This document shows positions 11,601-17,740 of a stretch of 32,789 bases of DNA, in pieces. Location of the stretch: the NCBI GenBank assembly GCA_963660735.1, contig CAVLAV010000001.1, positions 1-32,789 on the forward strand, read 5' to 3'. The DNA comes from a bacterium. GTDB lineage: Bacteria; Bacillota; Clostridia; Christensenellales; Borkfalkiaceae. The stretch's first letter is position 1. Each line of letters starts with the position of its first letter. The position numbers and the translations under genes are program-made. Below the pieces are notes generated by a model. It was not told the origin of the DNA and did no database searches. It was given only the letters and a program-made list of their open reading frames with translations.

Positions 11601-14600
11601 ACAGCGTAAATTCCGTGGAAAAAATCACTCTTGAAGAACTTGCGCACGCTTTCGAGGGGACAGAGGGATATTCGGATATAGCAAAAATGGCAACCGAGTA
11701 TTACGACGCGCACCCCGCAGAAAAGGCGAAAATCGAGAACGCGTATAAGGAACTCTACAAGAACGAAGAGGCTTTATTTGCAGAGGAAATTTTACCGTCA
11801 GAACTCACGGCACATTATGTGAGAGAAATGCTCGGAAACCGCAATATGCTTGCAAAACTTACGGCAGAAAAGCCGACGTTTATACAACGTTGCTTAAACT
11901 GGCTTAAAGGCTTTAAGAAAAAAACCGCCGCCGTCGATACGACGGTTGAGGCAGACGTACAAATTCTCGAAAACAGATTTAAGACGTTGTATAATCAAAA
12001 TAAGGGCAATGTTGCAAACGGTATTACAAATGCAAGCCGAATGAGTATAGCGTCTATTGACGGCAAAGATACAGTTATTGTTGATACCGACCAGCATATT
12101 TTTGACGGCGTACAACGCGAAGAACTCGGCAACGTTGCAAGAAAATATATTCAAGAACGTTTCAGAGGTAAAACGATTGACGGAACGACGTACAGCAGAA
12201 TATCTGAAAAAGAGTATACTCACTCAAAAGATACGCAAAGATTATTCAACCAGAGCGGATCGGAATATTCGGCAAAAATGCGAGCGTCAACGGAACTTAC
12301 AAACCTTGTAAAGACGGGTGAACTTATCGGGCACGAAAGCGCAAAGCATACAAAACCTGTAAATGCTGGCGGCTTTAACAGGTATAATGTGTCTTTCATT
12401 CTTGACGGAAAAACTTTCAAGGGCGAATTGCTTATCGCACAGGGCAGCGACAATGTTGCTACTTTTTACGATATTGTAAAAATAAAAGAGAGCAATTCGA
12501 CCAGTAACAACACACAGGTTGCAGGGCGGTCGAACGCTCTCTCTAATAACAGTATATCCAAAAATGGCGAAAAAGTCAACAAGAAATATGCTTTGTCGTC
12601 GAAAACAGATTCAGAGGGGCGAGTTTTATCTGCCGAACAGCAAAAATATTTTGCAGACAGCAAAGTTACCGACAACGACGGAAACCTGCTTGTGGTGTAT
12701 CACGGAACGAATAATGATTTTTATACGTTTGATAGCGGAAGAGTAGGCAAAGGCATAGACCAGTTCGGCTCAGGTTATTATTTTACTACAAATAAAGACC
12801 ACGCAGGTGCTTACGGAAACAGGACGATAGAGGGCTACTTAAATCTTAAAAACCCGTTTATTATTGAGGTGGGCGACAACGGCGGTACGATAGACCAGTT
12901 TTATAGGCAGTCCGTAACGCAATCTCAGGCAGAGAAAATACTCAAAATGCACCCAGATATTTATAGTGCGGACGATAGCCCTTTGGGTAATTTCAGCGAG
13001 AGATATTGGACTGAGGGCGCGACTGAATCGGTAATAAAAGAAGTTGCCGCTCAAATGAATGAAATCGGAATGTTTATTGACAACACAATGTTTGGCTATT
13101 ATCCGAACGAGTTGAATGCTGCCATAAAGAAAGTGTTAGGTTACGACGGTATTCAGGTTAATTACGGTAAACACGAAAAATATTATGTTGCGTGGGAACA
13201 AAACCAGATAAAAGACGTAAAAAATACAAGTCCTACTACTGCCGCAGATATTCGGTACGCGCTTTCCGAAGAACAGCAGGCTAAACTTGACAGTACAAAA
13301 GGCTCGGATAAGGTTATGACGGAATTGCCGAACAGCAGAGTTTCGGTTAAAGACGTTATAACAAAAGAGGCTACGAAAGAACAGTTTGCAGAACAAGTCA
13401 AGAGCGATACAAAACAATACACAGAGGGTTTTCAAATCGCTATGACGAATGCGCAGGCTGGCGTGGAGCGAGTTATGACCGAGGCGGGAATTAAGGACGC
13501 TACCGCAATAACAAACTATGTAAGAGCAGGAAAAAATGCAGGTATGAACGCATTAGATCCGAGTGGAGCACAATTTAGTTTTGACGGCGAAACGCGTTTA
13601 GGTGAATCGTGGGGCAAAATCTGGCAGCCGATTTATAATCTTGCAAAAAAAGACGGGCAGGCTTACGCAAAATTTCAGGAATATTTGTTGCATTATCATA
13701 ATATCGACCGTATGGCGGTCGGGAAACCCGTGTTTGGTGAGAATGTAACGGCGGCAGATAGCCGCGCGGCGATAGCGCAGATTGAATCGGTTTACCCGCA
13801 GTTTAAGAAAATTGCAGAAAAAGTCTGGAAGTTTAACGATAATAATTTGCAACTTTCGGTTGATAGCGGTATGTATTCGCAGGAATACGCAGACCACCTG
13901 AGGGAACTCTATCCGCACTACGTTCCGACGCTCAGAGAGGAGCACGCGGGCGGTATTGCAACCATACAGGGTAAAAACAACATTCGCGTAAACAATGCAA
14001 AAAAACAAGCAATCGGCGCAGATACTCGTATTTTGCCGATTGACGATACCATTGCTCAGCAGACTTTACAAAAATATGCGTCGGCAAGAACAAATAAATT
14101 GCTTGTAGACGTGCTTAACGGTAAAGCGCACGACGAGTTCAGAGTTGTTTCAACAGAGGACGCAAGCATTGACGTTGATACAGATACGCTTGTAAAAACC
14201 TTTGAGGATAAGACAAAAAATACCCACCAGATAACATTTTATCACGACGGTAAACGCGTTACGGTGGAAACGTCGCGAAACTTCTACAAAGGTATTGAGG
14301 CGTTCCAGCCGTCTGGCGATAGCGCGTTCAACAACGCTATCCTCAACGGCGCGGCGAAAGTAAACTCTGCGTTTAAGAAACTCGTTACGTCGTTTAACCC
14401 GTTCTTCTCATTCTTCCGTAACCCGATACGAGATATTCAGGACGCAGGGCTTTATACCCGCTATCCGCTCAGGAAATTTACGTCGGCGTATATGGAGGCG
14501 AGAAAGCAAATCGCAAGTGACGGTGTTTACTGGCAAGAGGCAAAGGCGGCGGGTATTACTTCCGCAAGCGTTTATGACTACGAAAAAGGTTTGAATTATA

Positions 14601-16198
14601 AAAATATGAGTGCTATCAAAAAAGCGGGGCAAAAGGTAGAGGCAGCCTCGAACGCTATTGAAATGGCACCCAGACTTGCAGAATACATTTGCTCGCGTGA
14701 GGCTGGTTTATCAGTTCAGGAATCGCTTTTGAGAGCGCAAGACGTTACCACGAATTTCGGCAGAGGCGGTATATTCGCAAAGAAACTCAACGCAACGATT
14801 ATGCCGTTCTTAAACCCCGCGATTCAAGGCTTTTCAAAAATGGTAAGAGCGTATACGGGTAAAGACGCGGCACAATCGTGGATAAATCTTATCGTTCGTA
14901 GTGTTATGCTCGGTATAGCGGCAACCGCTCTTAATGATTTGCTGCACGATGACGACGAAGATTATAACAATCTTTCCGATTACGTTAAAGAAAATAACTA
15001 TGTTTTGTCGTTCGGCGACGGGAATTTCCTTAAAATTCCGAAAGGCAGAGTGGTAAGCGTTTTCGGCGGCGCGTATCTGCGTTCGAAATGGTATGCTCAG
15101 GGCGACGAGGACGCTTGGGAGGGATATTTAAGCAGTATAGCCTCAGCGGTTACACCTGTTGATAACTTTACGCGTACTATTTTCAGTCCGATTACGGATA
15201 TAAAAACAAATACGACGTGGTATGGCGGCACTATCGAGGGGCAAAAATTCGACAGCACGAAACCTTCCGACAGATACGACGAAAGCACGAGTAATATCGC
15301 TATCTGGCTCGGCAAAGTGTTTAATTATTCGCCTAAGAAGATTGACTATTTGCTCGACCAATATGGCGGTATCGTAACGGATATTGTTTTACCAGCAACG
15401 ACAATGCAAGCGGAAAGCGGCATTGTATCGAAAAACTTGCTTGCGAACTCTACAACAAATAGCAGGTGGAGCACGGAATTTTACTCTCAGATAGAAAAAT
15501 ATACCTATAAAAAGACCGACGGCGACGCACAGGCGAAAGCGACGGTAAAATATCTGAACAGCGTTAAAAGCACTATTTCGGATATGTACACGCAAAAACG
15601 CCAAATACAGACCGATACGACGTTATCAAAAGACGAAAGACTAAGCCAGACGCAGGTTATTCAGGCGGCTATCAACACTCTAATGAAAGACAGTTTGACA
15701 AATGCAAAGTATTTATACGAAGAACTCGGCAAATACGACCTTTCCGACGATAATTTCGATATGAGTTATCTCGACGCGATAAGTACCGTAGTAGGCGCAG
15801 AATATGCGTTAAAATCGTATAATAAAACCGTGTATGAAAAGGCGGCAAACCTTAACAAACTCGGTATAAGTTACGATACATATTACGATTACTATTTTGC
15901 GACGAAAAGTATCGAGGCAGACGTTACGTCAAGCGGCAAAACGGTAAGCGGCTCTCGAAAACAAAAGTTGATACAATACACAATGTCAACCGATTTGGAT
16001 ATGGTGCAAAAACTCATTCTTATTATGAGTTCGGGGTACTCAATATCCGACGGCGATATTTCTGGCGTGTCGGCAAAGCAAGTAAAGCGTGTTGTGGCGC
16101 AATACATTGCAAAATCTGGGCTTTCTTCCGAAGAAAAAACCGCACTTGCAAAAATGTGCGGGCTTACGGTGAAAAACGGAAAGGTATATCTTTCTTAA
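5657..16198 (+). CDS. Giant multidomain polyvalent protein, 3513 aa (putative capsid-packaged, ejected effector)
   Basis: A single uninterrupted 10.5-kb ORF with AGGAG 7 nt upstream of the ATG. Modules readable in the translation:
- GxxxG-rich hydrophobic N-terminus
- K/E/T low-complexity linker
- beta-clamp-like segment (...AAYTD..., ...ACIMPMKP)
- MutS-domain-I-like GGEFYTALFDDAK
- HEWWH zincin motif at 10412-10426
- ART-like VVYHGT...GSGYYFT...YYVAWEQNQIK
- C-terminal ~1000 aa with a TM helix (WINLIVRSVMLGIAATALNDLL)
It sits in the portal-proximal head module. Confidence 0.75.
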   Translation: MAKQSLSQIFGNGTQGLSKNKQTLSQAFNFSPTEPRKEETIDYNNGGFLGGVGYVGGRIGLGALGILEGIWDYTAGGIAKIFGADEWAEQQFADNFTGDLTNDLNEWYNPSKGWQVAGDVAGGIGNSLVGMAVVAGASLISGGTLTAPVAAAISGATIGLGAAGQSTAEAYQKTGELGGKEFLYGALSGITEAGLEYVSGAAGKVGAKLFAKQTAKTVAKKSIVKGLLSDFAGEAFEEGMSEILDPYFQRWTQVDPDAKNATAQEVGYAALIGGLSGVIMGGFGEAVTTVRQIKLGNSIAQNTTSVNETLDYAKSFADYEQQHATGREVYTEISDLVTRYQAADKGDGTISVAQKKMLGQMSVDIAALVHDEGIQRSKQNIVANADELVNAINARGYKDADGNVIHFANAQEFVNNDAIVTRFATMDYLGHLLMSKDSVYDAISNKRAGEIMQADFRNFQKEATPQQKKSINDLFGIDVDSITYDDFVDKIQTTNSEVLTSKKAELSAMSAAKKEIARVINTNEAVADADTITEKTAFKDGISVFKVGEKTYAGISKTADGKYMLYLDGNISHVLTKTELVNAIKALVTPQSAATNAQTNVGQPQQAKQAAAPTVENTEGQSFVAKNTEATKENAAQGDKKSVKQAEKVKAKKKKTAKEKTESKKAVEKSTETKKTTEKSTEKAAEPKKAEKETTKKSESGKETTENNADNTNRQKEINKLKESPVATERVMGELCDLGVVDYDKVINTQDGQNIDAVAEYAMGDLSDYERQGLYSAKSLAKAISEHADEIRAGKKPYVEIMDRAIELDGKQMPKWYKEQYHSQSAESTERAAAKPTQKSETSEKKSAAKKRPKLDKARERLVSLTLSKDVRENLRGAYVMNGVQYVGDGLFCAAYTDTVSGLTEAKGGIDFGNIMDKYRNSNDMREVVIDADAIRAVVPAKKSELSISKIGDTYYNTKLVSRVIDTIDSPQAFLTEHKQTKDGFNIDVLYIKGKNGDACIMPMKPMNGERIKSDSVKIDYTASFADGTQAAAKTEQTAKPVKQSKAKKQAESTTKTETTDKSAGTELKKGFADGKGYKDFTVKEFKALSKDVQAYFRGKEAYSKSKKGNGKAVVLIQGGEFYTALFDDAKTVSDALSLTLTGKNSQAYSERIQTTAFSVAQFDEMQSKLAAVGYDVIKTSIDNQGAGTLYQAKTADSAAKEVAATDATAKTEKAAKTTKKQADFGEKIGGARKDEWAARGLTSADMEGMNAREIQKYAKKERVWKRPNWEQVVADGGDRGLLYAQNEIYKSLDTTPSSAFSYRNKSEADILAAAKLYADEITEIRKMAENAKTAEDFKDMGVKWITEKGYAELKNGRLTWTDKYYHSPALYGAQYLGVVERVAKRFDSLSESALMEGFGVPSDSKLPRGYEIRKTSNSFYGSKAETGNYYIVKSGYRVAVGFNTVEEAIAYGKEHFGTATTAAKAGKQRYVPEQLSEVHREGLDYRQGRDIAGDDYIRDFGIKGGEFGNWLSELDRKTSLNYGYDAFCDLADALSMEKTDISLNGTLNIGFGSRGQGLTGAAAHYEPLRKVINLTKMNGAGSLAHEWWHAFEDYISGDTHQSQMSSDLSKLPTNTRTAATELINTMLYRDGTVEENALASQKQADRNQQRLKYYLDNNFAALNGKMSKETMQNYVNQKYYKRMATEADFKRFAELKEQARKGDVQAVAKFYDNKRSVVDDLSDLQKEITGKGLSKEERLSLAHAVQDAGLKPDVKVKEKTEYYKDAMKLSTASQKDGGYWDSNCEMLARAFASYITDKTAKSNDYLSGHSEGAVLADDGTVAYIMPRGEERTRINAAFDKLFAAAKEDGLIHESTSEKPKNTSRYALSEQAELNSQPAGNKSQTLKPLEMKRAEIYARNNVKGYENLTYGEKLEVEWTIASGWRYGVDNVKIKQTAQIAADTGTGIGFADISAKSSDGKAKAVDGVCYSRSGHNTIYLSPDSVNSVEKITLEELAHAFEGTEGYSDIAKMATEYYDAHPAEKAKIENAYKELYKNEEALFAEEILPSELTAHYVREMLGNRNMLAKLTAEKPTFIQRCLNWLKGFKKKTAAVDTTVEADVQILENRFKTLYNQNKGNVANGITNASRMSIASIDGKDTVIVDTDQHIFDGVQREELGNVARKYIQERFRGKTIDGTTYSRISEKEYTHSKDTQRLFNQSGSEYSAKMRASTELTNLVKTGELIGHESAKHTKPVNAGGFNRYNVSFILDGKTFKGELLIAQGSDNVATFYDIVKIKESNSTSNNTQVAGRSNALSNNSISKNGEKVNKKYALSSKTDSEGRVLSAEQQKYFADSKVTDNDGNLLVVYHGTNNDFYTFDSGRVGKGIDQFGSGYYFTTNKDHAGAYGNRTIEGYLNLKNPFIIEVGDNGGTIDQFYRQSVTQSQAEKILKMHPDIYSADDSPLGNFSERYWTEGATESVIKEVAAQMNEIGMFIDNTMFGYYPNELNAAIKKVLGYDGIQVNYGKHEKYYVAWEQNQIKDVKNTSPTTAADIRYALSEEQQAKLDSTKGSDKVMTELPNSRVSVKDVITKEATKEQFAEQVKSDTKQYTEGFQIAMTNAQAGVERVMTEAGIKDATAITNYVRAGKNAGMNALDPSGAQFSFDGETRLGESWGKIWQPIYNLAKKDGQAYAKFQEYLLHYHNIDRMAVGKPVFGENVTAADSRAAIAQIESVYPQFKKIAEKVWKFNDNNLQLSVDSGMYSQEYADHLRELYPHYVPTLREEHAGGIATIQGKNNIRVNNAKKQAIGADTRILPIDDTIAQQTLQKYASARTNKLLVDVLNGKAHDEFRVVSTEDASIDVDTDTLVKTFEDKTKNTHQITFYHDGKRVTVETSRNFYKGIEAFQPSGDSAFNNAILNGAAKVNSAFKKLVTSFNPFFSFFRNPIRDIQDAGLYTRYPLRKFTSAYMEARKQIASDGVYWQEAKAAGITSASVYDYEKGLNYKNMSAIKKAGQKVEAASNAIEMAPRLAEYICSREAGLSVQESLLRAQDVTTNFGRGGIFAKKLNATIMPFLNPAIQGFSKMVRAYTGKDAAQSWINLIVRSVMLGIAATALNDLLHDDDEDYNNLSDYVKENNYVLSFGDGNFLKIPKGRVVSVFGGAYLRSKWYAQGDEDAWEGYLSSIASAVTPVDNFTRTIFSPITDIKTNTTWYGGTIEGQKFDSTKPSDRYDESTSNIAIWLGKVFNYSPKKIDYLLDQYGGIVTDIVLPATTMQAESGIVSKNLLANSTTNSRWSTEFYSQIEKYTYKKTDGDAQAKATVKYLNSVKSTISDMYTQKRQIQTDTTLSKDERLSQTQVIQAAINTLMKDSLTNAKYLYEELGKYDLSDDNFDMSYLDAISTVVGAEYALKSYNKTVYEKAANLNKLGISYDTYYDYYFATKSIEADVTSSGKTVSGSRKQKLIQYTMSTDLDMVQKLILIMSSGYSISDGDISGVSAKQVKRVVAQYIAKSGLSSEEKTALAKMCGLTVKNGKVYLS

Positions 16199-16205
16199 AC
16201 AAAAA

Positions 16206-16229
16206 ACGGGCACTTTTCGGAGTGCCCGT
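16206..16229. terminator. Bidirectional intrinsic terminator between convergent genes
   Basis: An 8-bp stem, ACGGGCAC (16206-16213) with GTGCCCGT (16222-16229), and an 8-nt loop. It is preceded by AAAAAA and followed by GAGTATTTT. It lies between the + stop (16196-16198) and the - stop (16237-16239). Confidence 0.8.
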
Positions 16230-16236
16230 GAGTATT

Positions 16237-16995
16237 TTACTCGTTCTCTAACGGAATACTTTCTTGTTGCCACAGAAAATATCCGTCTACGATATTTTTC
16301 ATAAAAAAATCAGGATCGTTGTCAAATTCATTGTTGTCCAATTCGTCTAAAATTAACTGAAATATATCAGTAAATTGTTTGTCTGTTGTTGCTTGTCTTG
16401 TATAGAGATATATAAGCCCGTCTGCATTGAGAATATAATACAAGCAAAGCGCAGTGAGGGCGTTGCTGCGATTTTCTAAATTTTGTAAAGCATAACCGTA
16501 ATATTCTTGTAACAATGATATTTTTTCTTCTAAGCAGCGACGTTTCTTTTCAAAGTTATCAACCTTGCCCAAATCTTCTGCTATTCCGCGTGCTATATTC
16601 ATAAAGTCGCTACGCGATTTTAATATGACAAGTTTTGTAATATCGGCAATTTCTTCTTTGGGCTTTTGACTTGGTTTGTTCAGCGAGGGTACAATCATAA
16701 AGCGATAGCATAACGACAAAATAAATATAATTACACCTATGCCGAAACAAATTATACCAAATATAGGAGCGACTTCCGATAACGTTAATAAAAAGCCTAA
16801 TAAACACAAGCCCAGCCCGCCATAGAGCAAATTTTCAAAAACTCGTTTATTATGAGGGTTCATATCAAACCTGCCTAAAATAAAAAGTGCGCCGACCGAA
16901 GTCAGCGCACAAAAAACGCAAACTTCGTCGTCGCCAAACAACTTACAAAGATATATGTATGTAACTCTATCCCGTAAAATCTGCGTTTTTATCAA
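16237..16995 (-). CDS. Membrane-anchored hypothetical protein on the opposite strand (moron-like)
   Basis: The only convincing minus-strand gene inside the phage block. The longest ORF starts at TTG 16995. An internal ATG at 16863 (MNPHNKRVF...) is an alternative start. It has two clear TM helices (LLYGGLGLCLLGFLLTL, IFGIICFGIGVIIFILSL) followed by a ~140-aa helical soluble domain. It is flanked by its own promoter and terminator. Confidence 0.6.
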   Translation of the reverse strand: MIKTQILRDRVTYIYLCKLFGDDEVCVFCALTSVGALFILGRFDMNPHNKRVFENLLYGGLGLCLLGFLLTLSEVAPIFGIICFGIGVIIFILSLCYRFMIVPSLNKPSQKPKEEIADITKLVILKSRSDFMNIARGIAEDLGKVDNFEKKRRCLEEKISLLQEYYGYALQNLENRSNALTALCLYYILNADGLIYLYTRQATTDKQFTDIFQLILDELDNNEFDNDPDFFMKNIVDGYFLWQQESIPLENE

Positions 16996-17099
16996 ATTTA
17001 ATTAGGAATAGAGTTGTTGCGCAAAAAATAACGCAAGTTACACTCTCTCAGTGTAGAAAGAGTGCGATTTTATTCTTTTGTAAGTTATTTGGCTACTCT

Positions 17100-17128
17100 A
17101 TTATAGCATAACGATAAAATATTTGCAA
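17100..17128 (-). promoter_or_regulatory. Sigma70-type promoter for the minus-strand gene
   Basis: On the minus strand the sequence reads TTGCAA (17128-17123), a 17-nt spacer, then TATAAT (17105-17100). Confidence 0.55.
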
Positions 17129-17244
17129 TGAAAATGCGGGTGTCTAACAATGTTAAACTTGCCGTTTTCTCATTAAAACGCTTGAAAAGATAAACGTGCT
17201 GGGGCAAAGTAATATTTTTCGGGTACAATTTTGAGTAAATAGTA

Positions 17245-17253
17245 TGATATAAT
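17245..17253 (+). promoter_or_regulatory. Candidate extended -10 promoter for the Com-like gene
   Basis: TGaTATAAT at 17245-17253, about 30 nt upstream of the RBS. No good -35 element, so this is weak evidence. Confidence 0.35.
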
Positions 17254-17284
17254 TACAATGCAAAACGGTGTAAAGGAGCGCATT

Positions 17285-17455
17285 ATGTCTTTTCAACTTG
17301 AAGAAATACCGAAAGATACAGAGGTAAAAAAGGCGATTTGCCCGCATTGTAAAAAGACGATACACGCAGTCGGTTTTACGAAAGGCAGTAAATGTCAGGG
17401 AATAACCGTTGTCTGTAAGTTCTGCGGGCGTATTTATTCCATAAAAGCCGATTAG
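17285..17455 (+). CDS. Small zinc-ribbon protein, phage Mu Com-like
   Basis: ATG at 17285 lies 7 nt after AAGGAG. The 56-aa product has two CxxC pairs (CPHCKK ... CKFCGR) spaced like Com-type zinc ribbons. The upstream M at 17258 in the ORF track has no RBS. Confidence 0.5.
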   Translation: MSFQLEEIPKDTEVKKAICPHCKKTIHAVGFTKGSKCQGITVVCKFCGRIYSIKAD

Positions 17456-17500
17456 CAAAAATTGCATACACACATTTAGTGCCAAAGTCCGAAGAGATTT

Positions 17501-17547
17501 GAGCCCCCACTCTTGCCAGTAAGAGATTAGGGGGCTCATTTTCTTTT
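17501..17547 (+). terminator. Intrinsic terminator after the Com-like gene
   Basis: GAGCCCCC (17501-17508) pairs with GGGGGCTC (17530-17537). There is inner CTCTT/AAGAG pairing, and the stem is followed by ATTTTCTTTT. Confidence 0.75.
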
Positions 17548-17579
17548 AATAAAAAATTCTTAAAAGGAGGTTGTTAGTT

Positions 17580-17720
17580 ATGCAAAAATGCGGAAATAAG
17601 GGAAACCCCTACGCCACTAACAAGGGTGGCATTATCAGAGCACCTAAGCCCGTAACCGACCAGCCTAAGGCTACGGTCGTAAAAGGCTCCGACCTTAGAA
17701 ACGGAAAGAAATCGAAATAA
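17580..17720 (+). CDS. Small basic protein, 46 aa (below the ORF-track cutoff)
   Basis: The ATG lies 8 nt after AAGGAGG. Translation: MQKCGNKGNPYATNKGGIIRAPKPVTDQPKATVVKGSDLRNGKKSK. Stop TAA at 17718-17720. It sits 20 nt upstream of the scaffold gene. Confidence 0.5.
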   Translation: MQKCGNKGNPYATNKGGIIRAPKPVTDQPKATVVKGSDLRNGKKSK

Positions 17721-17740
17721 GCCAAAGGAGGAACACATAA

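Noticed and set aside
14171-14185. A DVDTD string in the giant protein. I considered it as a DxDxD catalytic motif of a virion RNA polymerase, because the protein is N4-vRNAP-sized.
   Set aside because: It is an isolated pentapeptide, and I could recognise no surrounding polymerase motifs (neither T7-like nor double-psi beta-barrel context). This is insufficient. A profile or structure search would be needed to revive the idea.
5954-16107. Many 60-190-aa antisense or out-of-frame ORFs inside the giant gene, for example 6479-6949 (-), 9500-10081 (-) and 13598-14008 (-).
   Set aside because: They are fully embedded in a 10.5-kb ORF whose translation has coherent domain content. They lack RBSs and have the Cys/Arg/Phe-rich composition typical of wrong-frame translation. 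The same reasoning applies to the embedded ORFs in terL, the portal and the 882-aa gene.
17153-17539. A 128-aa minus-strand ORF over the Com-like gene and its terminator.
   Set aside because: It overlaps a better-supported + strand gene (RBS, zinc-ribbon motif) and runs through the terminator hairpin. It has no RBS.
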